The position numbers and the translations under genes are program-made. A stretch of 64,000 bases of DNA from Kudoa neothunni (Eukaryota; Animalia; Cnidaria). Positions 39,640-55,132 of the stretch are shown here, piece after piece. Under the pieces are notes generated by a model. It ran no database searches. It saw nothing but the letters and a program-made list of their open reading frames with translations, and was not told the origin of the DNA. Each line of letters starts with the position of its first letter. Position 1 is the stretch's first letter. Location of the stretch: contig OZ199838.1 of the NCBI GenBank assembly GCA_964304625.1, positions 11,882,524 to 11,946,523 of the forward strand, given 5' to 3'.

Positions 39640-40747
39640 ACACCCACTTAAAAACCCCATTATGGAATCCTTAGACAGTAAACAAAATGCGAATTATGTA
39701 AATCTGTTTATTTCTCAATTAAATAGTAATGTAAGTGATTTTAAATAACGAATATGTCAAAATGTACGAAGAATAAAGAAATTCGCATGTTTTTGTAAAC
39801 AATAGAGAGATTACTCCGGGAGCGATTTTTTTCGAAATGGGACTTGAATAAAATTTAGAAGTTATTTTTCGAGATTAAATTTTTGCTTTTCACATTTGTT
39901 TGTTATACAAAAATGAATCTTGAAAAAATCTATGGAGAAAAAGATGCGCGAAAGGTGTTCTTCAAATGTCATAGGCGTCATGATTACCTAATTTTGCACG
40001 TTATCATTTTGTTGGTTAAAGTATTGATCTGATAGGAAACTAATTAAGTTTGTTATTCTTCAAAATTAACCATTAATATAGGAAAATAATGAGATAATAA
40101 AAAATCACGCAACTGCTAAAACTAAGGTGGATTTAATCATATAATCCCCCTAGCATGTCTAAGCTTAATTAAACATCGCAATTTTAAGCATTAACTCTCA
40201 TCACTGTAGAAAATATATATTTAAACCTGTTATTATTTTCCAATCAGAAAAATGGTGTTTGGAAATATCAGGATAAAGCTAGGCTATACTCAAAGATTTC
40301 GGTACAAACTTTTGTGCACGGCGCGACAGATTAAACATAATCTCATTATTTGTCCAAATTTTTTCTAGTTCGACTTATACTGTAAATTTATTTTAAAATA
40401 TTGTAGAATATCAAAGGAACAAAGTTAATTAAACTTTGAAGTAAACGTCAGCACCAATCGTCTTCCCAAATATCGAAAGTTATTTGTTCGGCGGCATTGT
40501 ATTTTAATATTGGTTGATACACTGTTAATACTTCGTGGTAAAATTGCCACATTTCTTAATTTATGTTAGTCGGCTGTATTCTCACTTAAGACATTATTCG
40601 CATTAAAGTTCATAACAAGGTGTTGAGGTGGATTCGGGTATGCAAATTCTCAAATCGAACGAATTTGTTAATCTGCTTGGTTTGTTTCTATAGTGTGTAA
40701 AACGCTAATTGAATAAGCTTGGGTTTCTCTTCAAGAATTAAACTAAA

Positions 40748-42211
<1,464 letters not shown>

Positions 42212-45031
42212 TTGTGGTTAAAGTTGTTTGTTTTGACCCCAAATTGCTTAGATGGTTGTTTGAAAAATGATTTCACCGATTACCGATAAATGCAATGAAC
42301 GTTTTTGACATTAGTCTTTGTTGCATTAATTTTATTTTTTAATGGACATTTCTTTTTTTCTTTGATGGTTAAAGCTTAGGTGCTTTATATTAAACTATTT
42401 TGTTTGTAAGGTAAACCGTGGTTTATTAAGCTGTGAAATTCTGGCAGACCAGCCTAATTCCATGAGCGTTCAAGGAATCACACAATCTCTTATCTTTTGG
42501 CCTTATTTTGGGAATTTGATCTAATAAGCGCCCTTGTCTCCAGGGGAATTCATCAAAACAAACCTTCAATCAGAAAAGGCGTTGGCTCTGGGGGTCTTAT
42601 CAGATTTTTCATTATTTAATACGCCTGGACCATTAAAACATCTAATCCAGCCTTCCTCACTGGATGGAATTACAGTTAACTCCAAGTTATCTTTCGTAAA
42701 ATTCTATCATAATCCCGGCTCACCAAACCTATTGACTCTGGTGTTCCATGATAGTCGACAATCGAAATTCTACACAATTATTTGATTTTTTAATTCTAAA
42801 TAAATATCTTGTGACTGAATATTGGCTAATTTACAGTATATTTGTATAGTTTTTGGAATGAAGAGAAATAAGTGTAAAATATTGAAAATTGTTATAAATG
42901 ACCAATAAAAAATTTAAATAAGGAACTAATTTATTTCCTCTATATTTTAATGTCATATAAAAATCGGATCAATAACCTTGGATTGTATTTGGATTTTTAT
43001 TTGTTATAGCATGATATTTTTTAATAGTAGACTCAATCTTATTTATATGAACTCCCTAAAGCGAAAAATGCTTTTTGTGAATAAAACATTTTTTCAAAGC
43101 GTAAACCTAAATCTTCAAGTCTATTGTAACCAACCCAACCATCAGTCTATGTTAGGGGTAGCTAGGTTTACTTGAACTGGGAGCTACATTTGATGAATTT
43201 CAAATTTTTTGGAGCCAAAAGCGTAAAAAGTATATTTCAGGGTTATTCAGTATATTTATTCTTTGTTTAAAAGTTTTATTTAATATTGAACTAACGTTTA
43301 ATTCATGTGTACTTATTCATTATACCTGTATCTTCCTATGACTCTAAAAATATCGCAAAAACATAATCGAACAATAAGCCAAGTATAAATTTTTCAAGAG
43401 TCGCACTTCAACTTCTAAAAGCCACAGATTGTCCACCCTAGCCTATATGGTTGAACTAGTTCAGACGCTGTTTTACTTGATTTCTTCAAAAATTTGGCGA
43501 TTTTGGAATCGTGAATGTTTAAGAAACCAGCTATCACTTTCGCTGATCCCACCTTTCATCCACTAGTGTTGATTTTTCCGGATTCGGCCAAAATACGTTT
43601 TTCATTTACGTATGCCAATTTCGTCTATTTGAAAAACAGAAGTTCCCACCAATTTTGAAAAATACATCGTCTTAAATCAAAAACACAGTGTCTTTAGTTA
43701 TTTTTTTCTAGTGAAAAATCGTTTAACATAGAGAAATGTCTGGATATATCTTCATAACTCATGATTGGATATTGATGAGCTATAACTATAAACAAAAATC
43801 ATTTCCATGAAGGAAATTTTGACAGTTCGAAAAGTTTTTAAGTCCTTATACACATCATTTTTTTGTAGTGGTTGCATTTTAACTGATATTTGTCACTTAA
43901 ATCATTACAAGATATTAAGTTTAATATCCCGCCAAAATTACCAGATCATTCATACTTATAAAACTTAAATTAAGAAAAAATTATTCCATACTGCAGGTTA
44001 TCATGAGAATATTCATTATCTAAAATTATGATTTTATCTATAATCTCAAAATTAATTTTATTCATTTTTCGGACTTACCCTGACGCTTTACCGTATATTA
44101 TTGAAATATTTCGAAAGCTGAGCATGCACGCTGTAAATTAACTTCCCATTCCACATCTACCAAAGCGCAAGTAGTTTGTAGTAATGAATTATTGTTGGTC
44201 TATTCTCCGTTTTCTGCAATAATTAATCGTCGAAAAATATTTCTTCGTGATGTAAAAAAAATTATTTTTGAAATATAGTATAGTCAATACAATGCTTGAT
44301 ATTTGAAGAATGATTACAACCGTGCTATTTACCTATTTTGAGATTTATTACATATTAATTCTTTCAAATCATTTTTAAAACTTTCAAAGATTTAATTGAG
44401 TTAAAATAAATTTAGTTTGGATCATATTTAATTATTTCAGGCCCACCATTATGTTTACGAGGTCAACAATAAATAATATAGCAGATTATAAACAAATAAG
44501 CGTCTACATTACCGGTAAATAGGAGTTTATGAGATTAAATAACGTGGCCGAGCGATCGTACATCCCTTTTAGAATTAAATTTTCCTGTGAGAATAGCCAA
44601 GGCTGAAATTTTTGCAAAACTTATCGATGGGCTGCAAGTTGTGAAGTACTAAAATTTAAAATAGATTTATTCTGAAGGTACCATAGAATAAACTGCTCCC
44701 CAAAAATATCTAAACTCTGGATATTTTCAATTATTTTTGAGAGCCTTAAATGAACCATAAAAAGATAATCAACGAAATGCTTAATTTTTACTTAAGTTAA
44801 AGATATCAGACCCCTGTAAACATAACGATTTGTCAGATATAACTAAACACAATATAATCTAAAAAATAGAGTGGACCTGTAATTTACCAATGAGAGCTGA
44901 GCTTAAAAACATGGTTAAATATAAACTCTTAATTAAATTTCAATATTATGTTTGTAGAGAAAAATTCCAACAATCTTTTATTTGTGCATCCCGCGCATGT
45001 GTGATATTTTAATCCGTTGGGGATTAGACAT

Positions 45032-46046
45032 ATGTCGCATGTTATGGGCCGCTCAAGTGATGTTGAGGATGTAGGAAAGGCATCATTAAAATGTGTTATA
45101 TGTAAGGTTCCTACTTTTAAATACAAATGCCCGAGATGTGGACTTCAAACATGTTCGATGTCTTGCTGCCGTGAACACAAACTTGTTTTCAAGTGTAACG
45201 GTAAACGTAAAAGAACCTCATTTGTTCGTTTGAAGGACTATAATGAGAACCATTTGTACAATGGTAAAATACGCAAATTATTATAAATTTTACACAAACC
45301 GCCATTAGATTATTCACTTCTCGAAGATACCAAATTTAAAATATCTAATTTTGGTAGGCTACCGATCATAAAAAAATTCTCACAAGAATTGAACAAAAGA
45401 GTAATCGTTATGTATCTGCGATTGTGATTGGTTTTAGGCGGGGTTGTTAGCATCGAACGCTAAAAAACTAGGGATAAGTGTAATATTTATGCCGGCAAAT
45501 ATGGAAAGACATGTTAAGAATAGCTCTCGTTTTTGTTTCAAGTTTTTTATACAAAAATAGGATGATATTAAATTTCTAAAAATTAGAAAACAAACCATTT
45601 GTTGGAATGTTGAATTCAAGGTCAATTTGGAATTTACTGCATTATTGACACATTCCGTTATACCTTCTGCATGTTTTAGCACTTACACTCTTGTCGAGTA
45701 TGTCTTATTTAAATTTCTTGGGATTTAAATAATTATTAAGTTGCGACGGAAAGAATTCACTTCTTCAGACGATGAATCAACTGAAACAAATAGAAAATTT
45801 GGAAAAATTTAAAATTTATTTGGAACATGTGATTACGCCGTTGGTTCTATTGTTTATTGAATTTTTTTAGGTTAATACTAATAATGATCTGAATGAGTCC
45901 AAATATCTTTATTCAGAGTAGTAACATTATCTTTTCTAGTTTATATTGAAATTAGGGTTGACTTGAATTATTCTATTAACCAAATATTAGAAGGGAGATC
46001 AATTGTCGAAATGCCAACTTTTTATGTGACCTCTTATTGTGTATAG
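45032..46046 (+). CDS. ZNHIT6: Box C/D snoRNP assembly factor BCD1/ZNHIT6
   Basis: zf-HIT CVICKVPTFKYKCPRCGLQTCSMSCCREHKLVFKCNGKR followed by TSFVRLKDYNENHLYN|DYSLLED. Later blocks are FMPANMERHVKNSS, ICWNVEF and a C-terminal GRSIVEMPTFYV. Confidence 0.9.
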
Positions 46047-46618
46047 TATTAGATGGATTAGTGATATTTGTTTCTAAAAATTTCTATTTTTTGAAAGACT
46101 TTTTTACCGCTAAGCCAATATGACGTCTAATAAAACAAATAAATAATCTAATAGATCGACCTAGTTACCAATATTAGACAAAAAGCGCGGATGCCTCGCT
46201 TAAATATTGTTGTAGTAATAATTTAACTACATTGTCCATTGTTTACACAAATATCTTATGTCCTTAGCAATTTCATGACTACACTATAAAAGAAAGTGGC
46301 TATTCGCATGGAAAATAATATCCAGGTGTCGCTACTTTAGAATATATTCATTTCTGATCCACTGCTTCACTTTTAGAGATCAAAAATAATTGAAATAACT
46401 AATACTAGTTCTACTAGTGTATTTTTATTCAGAAGAATAACCACCTTCCAATTTTTATTGTCTAACTTATTCTGCTCCATCAGAAAAAAACTCATTACGC
46501 ATGATTTAATGCATGATGATTAATAGCCAGCAGAAAAAATAATTTTGGCAACAAATTAAAATTTCGTAATAAAGATTTTGGCGTGAAGAGAAAAATATTT
46601 TATTGTCGAGATCGAACA

Positions 46619-48111
46619 TCAGTTAGGAGATCGCTCTGTGAAGGTGACCACAACTTTATAATTGGCATTAGAATTCAAAAAGTTCTCCTGAGCGACAAAT
46701 TCCTCAAGTTTATTCAAAGGAATTATATTTTTATTCAGTGGTCTAAATTCAAGAAATTATGATTGAAGAGGAAATATTTTCAAGTTACAAAACTTGTTTT
46801 CTATTCAAACTATCAAATATTTTTTTTCCACCATCATGGAAAGAGGGTATAAAGTAGCCACAATGGATAGTATTTTCGAAATTGAAATAATGCAAAACTG
46901 CAGATTTTTTATGCCAGAGATTATCAAACTTAATAAGTAAATTAATTCATAAATAGAAACCAATGTTAACTGTAAGAACATACCAAAGAAAGTGGAAGCG
47001 GAATTTGACTGTAATTTTTACCGTTGGAGTTGACATCCTTAACATCAGTCGACAGAGCCTTGGAACATAAACTCGAAGTACGATTCACTACTACAGTGCC
47101 GTTGAAAGACAAACATTGGAGGACAGAATTGGCGTAATTGTTGTCAAGTATCCCACCCAAATGGAACACAGCAGAGACACCAAGCCCACAAGTTTCATCC
47201 ATTATTGCCACACTCAGCTCATTGTAGTTATTGGTGTCCACGATCACTACTCCAAATTAGAGCCAAAAATAATTTTAATCCCTCAAATACCCAAATCTTT
47301 GAATATAGAACTCAGCAACTGACAATCTTCAGTATTATCTACACATGCAATGACTTTACATTCCAAGTCAAGTAGTTTATGAATAAGCAATTGATTTAAT
47401 GGCTATCAAGAGCGGTTTAATCTCATGTGAAAAAAATCAAATACTTGCAATGCGTTTCCAGAAATAAGAAAGGAATATTTAATTGGGAATTTAGGTATAA
47501 AATTCAACAGAAGATCAATCTGCAGCAGATCAGAAAAACAACAAAGTACACTCTCATTGCTCAACGAGGAAGGTTTCAAAACTAAAAAATAGTTCTAATA
47601 ACACAACACGAAAAATATCAACTATTCGTGATACTTGAACAAGCCTCATCAACTACACAATAACTGGAACAACCTGATTGTTGGGTTGTATTGAAATTAA
47701 CTATGGCGAAAACGGTGTCTCCCACATTGAATGCAATAACATTATCTCCAGCTAAAATACCCAACTTTATTTTTACTCATTTAAATGCTTACTACTTTTT
47801 TCTACTCTTCCTATAATATCACTAGCTAATGGGTAGAGTGAATTTTCATTGCTATGTGCAGTTTTTAAATTTATCTACGAAATTGCTAAAAATTACCCAT
47901 CACCATTAGGTGGCTCATTCGAGCCCGCATTACAAAGCAAACAAGCTGAAACTTTCACAAGCAATTGGTCTGGCCCAATATTAGGCATATCAGTTAACTA
48001 GAGTGTGTAACTTCAATATAATCATGATAAATCGTTGAATACTTCAATTTTGTGGATTTTGTATAGCCCATCATCGTTAGAAAATGCTTGGAACCACGAA
48101 AATTTTCGCAT
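46619..48111 (-). CDS. CRYZL1: Quinone oxidoreductase-like protein 1 (zeta-crystallin-like MDR fold)
   Basis: Spliced blocks: PNIGPDQLLVKVSAC, DIIGRVEK, GDNVIAFNVGDTV, KPSSLSNE, CKVIACV, IMDETCGLGVSAVFHLGG, and C-terminal RPLNKNIIPL...KVVV. ETxGLGV is CRYZL1-like. Exon limits are approximate. Confidence 0.72.
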
Positions 48112-49475
48112 AATTTATATGCTATGCTATAAAAGAAGTCAACAAATAACGACAAAGCTACAAACCTCTATAAATCGGCCAATTCAAATACACGCATGTG
48201 CGAGAGATGTGAATTATTTTAGGGTTTAATTGAACCCTTAAGACCGATAACTGAAGAAATGTAAAATTAAAATGATTTATTTTATTCAATCAGCCACTCG
48301 TAGTGATCCCCAGGATGCGTAGACAACAAAAATTATTCGAACTCAACAATAAACTGTCTAAATGACACGTACTGCAAGGGATGTAACCCCACCTATTGTA
48401 TTGATAACATTGTTGAACAAAATCGCTAATGTAGTTATTTACTGGGCTGACATACATAATTTAAAATAAAGAACGGCTACTCAATTATCTATCGTCTCAT
48501 GTCTTATAAATTTAAAAAGAATGATTTATAACTATTATAACTCTCAATTTAGGGGGATTTTGTTTAATTAATCTTTGGAGGTAAGCAGGGGAATTGCGAA
48601 TGGGACCGTCCGGAGTCCACTAGGACCTAATTAAGTTAGCGCTGCTTTTACTAATTTAAATACTATTTACCGTTAAATGTGATAAAAAATATTTCACAAC
48701 TTATATATAAAGTTTAAAGATCCAGTAAAATTATAATTAAAAAAAAAATTAATAAGCTTATCTCGGGTTACCGTTTCCCATAATGGTATAAGACCAAAGA
48801 TAACTGGTTGAGAGCAAAATATTAACACCGAATAATAGTTGTTGTGTACAAAATATAACATATAAGAGAGTTTCTGAAATAAGCTATAGGAATATTGTAT
48901 TAGCAACAATTTCCACGCTGACCGAGATGAATCGTAATCTCTCTGCTACAGGAGAGAATAACAAATACATTGCTTAAATAAAAGATTCAGATTTTTATTT
49001 TGCTATAATATAAAATCACAAACCTTTTAACGATCAGAATTAACAAAAATATCACATGTGTTTAATTATGCTATGCTACCACTTTGTCGATCTTAAATAG
49101 AATTTACCCAACAAACCTATCTGAAAGAACGATGTCTTTTTAAAAGTGAAATTAAAAATTAAATAGTATTCTTAAATAGAGTTAACGTCCATCACCTCTA
49201 CTATTGGCTTCGATGTAAGAAAAATGAAATAGTAGAACTTTGTCATTTTTCGAAGGTAGGAGGTAGGGGTAATTATTGCTTAATTCAGTTTGTCACGTAC
49301 TTACAAGTTTATAAGAAATTATATTATTCAAGGTTATTTAATTAAATTAAGATGTTGGCTGAAATGCGAAAAATATTATTAAGGAGAATTATTTAACAAC
49401 TATTTATAAAACTATTATCAGTTTCTTCGTTTTATACCTCTTTTTTATTTAGAAATGTAGCCTAATAGTACTTAA

Positions 49476-52400
49476 TCCTTTCGTCCCCATTGTCCACTTT
49501 AATGGCCAACAAATTAATTCACTCATAAATTTAAACAACCTAATTATTTTTAAAAATGGACAACATAAATTGTTACTCTATACATTTAATGAGTGGATAA
49601 TTTAATTAGTGAATTTGAAGAATGTCCTATTCGTGTTACAACCTCTATCTTTGCATAATGCCGAAATAACCTAAAACATTTGAAAAAGTAAATATAGAAA
49701 AATCATCAAATATTTACCTAAAAATTTAATATTCTGGAAACGAAGTAAATATTTAATATTCGAGATTTAATTAATTAAATAAATATACCCCAAAACACAT
49801 TAATCTCCACGTGAGCATTATAATGGATAGTGGGGTTTTGGGGACCTCCGATAGTTAATTCTAACAGATCACGATATTGAAAATAATACATTAAGGCAGA
49901 ATTGGATGATGAAACATATCACAATTCCAGTGATTCCGATGATAATAAATTTTAAGTTTCTAATGATAAAGGCAAAGAAATGCTTTAAAACAACGTAAAA
50001 TTTTTTAACTAAAAGTAAGGATTTTTATCGATTTGCACGATCTCATACTGTCCACCAAGTATTTCACATTCTTTTTTGTCGCGTATTTTTTTCTGATTCT
50101 TATTAATAAAATAAATGGCTAAATTACAGTATACGCGTAATCTTCAGACGATATTTTTGCGCGCTCGAAAAAAATCAGATATATTTTTAAGAGTCATCTC
50201 CTTCTTCATCGAGTCCATCTATTATTTAATATCATTGTCCTTTTAAAAGTTTTCCTACATCGTATTTTCTTTTTGAGAAGGCGGTTTCATCAATTTGGAC
50301 GATTATTTCTTCACCAATTTTCACTAGGTTCTTCGTCTAATTTTGAAGTCATTATATTCCTAACAATGGGCTTTAATTCTAGTATTGTTGAATTTGTTGA
50401 TATATATCCAAATGCTGATGCAAAGCTTCATAGGCCATATTTGGATGATGGCATCAGTCGCAATAAAAATTATCCACAAAGGAAGCTTCGACGTTTCAAA
50501 TATTGTCCTATTTTGAATGAAACATCTTTACTTGCAAACAATGCACTCGCATAGGTTCTCGTCGTTTACATCCTTCCTAACTGTTATGTACATATTCTCA
50601 CCATAGGCACAATTATAAAAATAATGCAGAAATCTCACATTTCGTGGAATTTTTTAAATATTATATCGCTGGTGTATGGATGAAACTATTTTAACTCAAA
50701 CTAAAAAAGATAAGTTAAGTATGTCTACAATTTCAGCGTGGTTCAAAAAAATCCGACAACTATGCAAATCACCCTTCGAGAATAGAAACAAACTTGTCGA
50801 GGAAGGTGTCATTGTAGAAATTGATGAATGCCTCCTCCATGGAAAAAGAAAAAATAATCGAAGTCGATATCTTAAAGGAGAAGTATGGGAAAACTTCTCA
50901 AAATAAAGAATTTTTAGAATCAGATATTAAATCTCGAATTTGATATAATTATTCATATAACGTATTTCTTTTACTTAATAAATGCCGACGATGGAGATGT
51001 TAGCGATTATTTCCCTTCAGAAGTGGAATTTTCTGATGAATCCTTCGACAATATTTTATGATGTCATTACTTTATTAAATAATGTAAATAGCTGCTGCAT
51101 TAAGAAGAGGAAAATATGACAGAAGGGTTGACAGTCCTTGGATTTTTGGATTAGCTCAGTGTAAACTTGACGACATGGGAAAGAGGACTCCCGTAGAAGT
51201 GAGGTACTTCTATATAGAGAAGCGGAAATCGGCGACATTTATTCCCATTATCGAAAGAGAAATCCAAAAAGGGTCAACCACTTGTAGAGATACGTGCCTA
51301 ATGGTACCGATTTATCACAGCGAAGAAATAAATCTTCTCAACAACATTTAAAGAACAATTTATCTTTGTTTTAATCAGGTTATCGTAAATTTGTTTTTGA
51401 AAATACTCATATTTTAGTCTTTTTTTTATGTTCTAAAGGTCGATATTAACATAAATGGACAAATAAACTATTCCAATAACGATAGGTTAGTTATTTAAGA
51501 ATTCATTAGATAAACTAACATGTACCGCACAACATTTTCTGAATTTAGTTAAGGCATAAAATTAATAAGTGAATAATTTTTCTTTTAAATTCACTAACAT
51601 GGAGATTTTGAATCCAGATAAGAATTATTTGACGGGAAATTCAAAAAATTATATAGTTCATTGATGGCACGTAAATAATTCTATGTTCACATTCTCGACA
51701 AAATATTACGTCTAAATAAAATCAGTTATTAAATACTGTTAAAAAATGTTTTTTTAAACATTACAGATTTTTTACGTTTACTCGAATTGAGTAGTCCAGA
51801 AAATTGCGCATGATACTTCATCATTTTTATTGAAATTATCTACATAACCTTAAAAATCGTCTATTTTTTTGAACATAATGGACACATTAAATAATAACTT
51901 TCAAAATTAAATAATATTAAAATTTTTCACGATCGCATTTTCAAACAAATTCAGTCATATAACTTTATCCAGTAAAGATAAAATTACAACAAAAAGTTAA
52001 AAACTAAACCTTATGTTTTAGCATAATAAATCACAGTGAGATTTAGACTTCACTGACTGAATATGAACACATTGATTTTTCTCAGTTTGTAAAATGTAAC
52101 GCCATTATAATGAGCACTTAAACTATCTTTTGGATCAAATAATTATCTCAAAAATAATTTAAGTGATTTAATATAACGAATATGTTAAAATATGTGACAA
52201 ATAATGAAATTGCAAGTTTTTGTAAACAACAAGGGGGATTACACATGGGGATGATTTTTCTCGAAATGGGATTTGGTTAAAATTTAGAACTTATTCTTTA
52301 GGTCCGAATGTTTGCTCTCCATATTTATTTATTTTATTAATATGAATCGTAAAAAATATGCGACAAAAATGCTAAAAGTGGTGTTATTCAGGCGTCACAG

Positions 52401-52513
52401 GCTTAATAATTACCAATTATTTTTGTAAATATAAATTTCAAATTTTATATGATTCTAATATTTGTTTAACAATAACAATTATGAAGCAAAATAAAAATTT
52501 GGGGATGAAAGGG
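49476..52513. mobile_element. piggyBac-type non-autonomous/composite element
   Basis: TTAA|TCCTTTCGTCCCCA ... TGGGGATGAAAGGG|TTAA, with a 12/14 TIR match and TTAA at 49472-49475 and 52514-52517. Confidence 0.8.
50530..51292 (+). pseudogene. Merlin / IS1595 (ISXO2-like) DDE transposase remnant
   Basis: TISAWFKKIRQLC...GVIVEIDECLLHGKRKNNRSR, then PWIFGLAQ...RYFYIEKRKSATFIPIIEREIQKGST, truncated near the second catalytic Asp. A further minus-strand scrap, ILGGQYEIVQID, lies near 50025-50075. Confidence 0.85.
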
Positions 52514-52725
52514 TTAAACATATAAAAACCTTAAAAATGATATGAATTTAGCTTCCAAATTAATGATGAGAATTTTGATTTTTCGTCAGGCTGAGGAGTT
52601 AAATTTAAGAGAAATTGTTGAGAACCCCATGTTAAAGAATTTGCTTTATTTTAACGAAGGAAATAATTATTTCTGAGTATTAGAGGTGAGTTACTATATT
52701 GCGCACGCACAAAAAAAACTTAGCC

Positions 52726-53185
52726 ATGGATGAGATTTTGAAACAAAATTTGACACTGCTACGAGATATGATCACCAGTAGACAGTTGCTAGCCGAAAAA
52801 ATCATAGATATGGAACAAGAAATCGTCGAACACGAGTAGATTGAAGATGTGAATATGATTTTATCGGTTGCTATAGTGAAGTTTCAGCTGTACTGTCTAA
52901 CACAGAGCCAACCAGAAAAACAATGCGAGTTATTGGAACTATTGTTGTTGAAAGAACAGCGGCCGAAATTCTGAGAGCTGTTCAAGAAGACATAACTCAA
53001 GTATTGTACCCATATTTTATTAGTCTGAATGCATGATATGATTATTTGTTGTGTATTTAATTTATATTTAGATGAAAAAAGTACTTGAAGGACTCAACAA
53101 CCAACTGAAAATCAAAGAAAATGAAATAAATGGATTTATCACTGAACATAAATTGGAGGCGTATGTATCTGCCAACAGTGCTTGA
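52726..53185 (+). CDS. PFDN2: Prefoldin subunit 2
   Basis: Exons 52726-52835, 52877-53000 and 53072-53185 give KIIDMEQEIVEHDEVSAVL...RKTMRVIGTIVVERTAAEILRAV...LNNQLKIKENEINGF. This fits the beta-prefoldin PFDN2 pattern RKC.R.IGGVLVERTV.EVL. Confidence 0.88.
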
Positions 53186-54491
53186 ATAGTGTTATGATCG
53201 ATTTTTGGAGGAAAGTATTTATATTTAATGTTTTTGGCTTGAAATTCTTTTTTTTGCATTTTTGATAGCATGGCATTTCCAGTTATATTTTGTAGAAATT
53301 TTAACTAATTTTATCATAATTTGTTACACGTAATGTAATACATGATTCAAATTGGCATTAGAACCTGTGTTCTCAGGGTTAAAAGGCGGTGATGTCATAC
53401 CACTCTACTGCTGATTAGCGCATAATGTAGTGAATTACATCCCTTACAATCCGCATGTAACATTGCATAACGAAATCGATCAAATTGAGTGCAAAATTTA
53501 TTTTTTAATGATTGATTTTATAAATTTTTAGTAAGTTAAAATAACGTTAATTAGTATTTTGAAGTATATAATAGGAAAGATTCATCTTTGATTTGTAGTA
53601 AGGGGGCGTTAGGTCCTATATTTGTAACAGAAAAACTTCATGTGCATTATTTAGCTGATATAACAGGATTAAAATAATATTTTTACATCCAGAAAATATA
53701 TAAATTTTAAAAATGATGGATTATCACATTGAATATTCTTATATGGATAGAGTTAATTTTGTTCAGACATCCTTAATATATTAATGTATTTTATAAATTG
53801 ATATAAAATTAAAATGTAAGGTTAGGGAAAATATTTTATAGGAATATATTTAATAACGTGAGTTTTTCTAATTTTTTAACAGATAATTCTCATTAACTTA
53901 TACGTAAAAAATTAAAATTCCATGTGATATTATATTTCAATTTTGATTTTAACACTATATTATTGTTGATTAAAGTATAAATTCTATAATTATTTTTAAT
54001 CGGCGTTATTTGAACGAATTTTTATATGCTGAGAAAATAAGGTATTGGTATATCATTTTATTTATTGCGTACTAAAAATATCTAATTGCATAAATTCATT
54101 TATTTTGGTTTATAATAAAATAAATAAATTTTAGTGTACAGTTATTTGTGATACATTAACTGCATTACTTTAAACAAAAGTTATACATAAGGAATTAATT
54201 TGTATGCGAAAAACATTTCAAATAATACCAAAAAAGTTTTTCTACTGGCTTCATATATTAAAAAATAAATTAAGTTAGAGATTAAAATAAAATACATCGT
54301 AGTTACATTTTTTACTTTTAAATAAATTGTCTTACTTTTGTGCGTCACAGGAGAATCGGTGACTTACAACATATGCCGTAGAATGTTTTACGGAGAAATT
54401 TATCACAATTTCTTGTTAAAATTGACTTAAAAAACTCTGGGGTGAATTTCACCCCAACATCTTTGGAACTAGTTTTTTTGATACCTTAGAA

Positions 54492-55070
54492 CAGTGTTTC
54501 TCGACCTTTTTTTCTATCGCGCCCATCTTTTTCAAAAGTATTGATTTTTTTAACTTGAACTGTTTATAACATTGAATAAAGCTCCTTATCATATTAAAAT
54601 TTGAGAGCAATTAATATATACTTTTTTTCCATTAAAATATATTCGATTAGATCTAACTTAATTTATCGATGGGTCTTAAAAATTATCATCTTTAGTTCTT
54701 AATTCCGTCAAAAACTGCGTCAGGTGAAACTTGTGGTAATCCAACCTTCATTAGGAAAGACTTTCGTGTATGCAGGGCTAATAAACGGAAAATAAGAGTT
54801 TATATACAAAATTAATCAACATTACATCAGGTTTAATCATGCAAGGATTAGACGATTCTAAATGAGACAAGAATAAGATCAAATCATTCTTATTCTATTC
54901 GGGCAAAGGACACATTAAATATTATTATTAATTTTTATATGAGTCATTGCTTTTTGTGTTTTTAAGATGTTAATCGTCACTTAAAAATAATAGACTATTT
55001 TTATATTTTGTACCCCTTATAAATGTAACAGTCCGATTTATATATATTCAGTACAGGCACATTGGAATTT
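54492..55070. mobile_element. Buster-type MITE, inverted relative of 21695-22405
   Basis: Starts CAGTGTTTCTCGACCTTTTTTTCTATCGCG after CCTTAGAA (nnnTAnnn). It shares GATGTTAATCGTCACTTAAAAATA with the reverse complement of 21857-21880. The right end is eroded. Confidence 0.7.
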
Positions 55071-55132
55071 GAAATGTCTAATCTCTTTAATTTTATAAAA
55101 ATTTTCCTCATAATTTTATCTTTTGACTTTAA

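Larger units (their letters stand above)
49260..52628. mobile_element. Second copy of the 2281-2846 Buster MITE family, split by a nested insertion
   Basis: 49285-49475 aligns by eye with 2368-2568 (GTTTGT.ACGTACTT...AATTATATTATTCA.GG...GTAGCCTAATA...TACTTAA). 52518-52628 aligns with 2768-2846 and ends in GTTGAGAACCCC. The left TIR was not found. Confidence 0.7.

Noticed and set aside
42420-42785. 83-aa plus-strand ORF after the kinase
   Set aside because: No family recognised. The minus strand weakly resembles a Tc1/Tc3 relic (AFSD*RFVL), too eroded to call.
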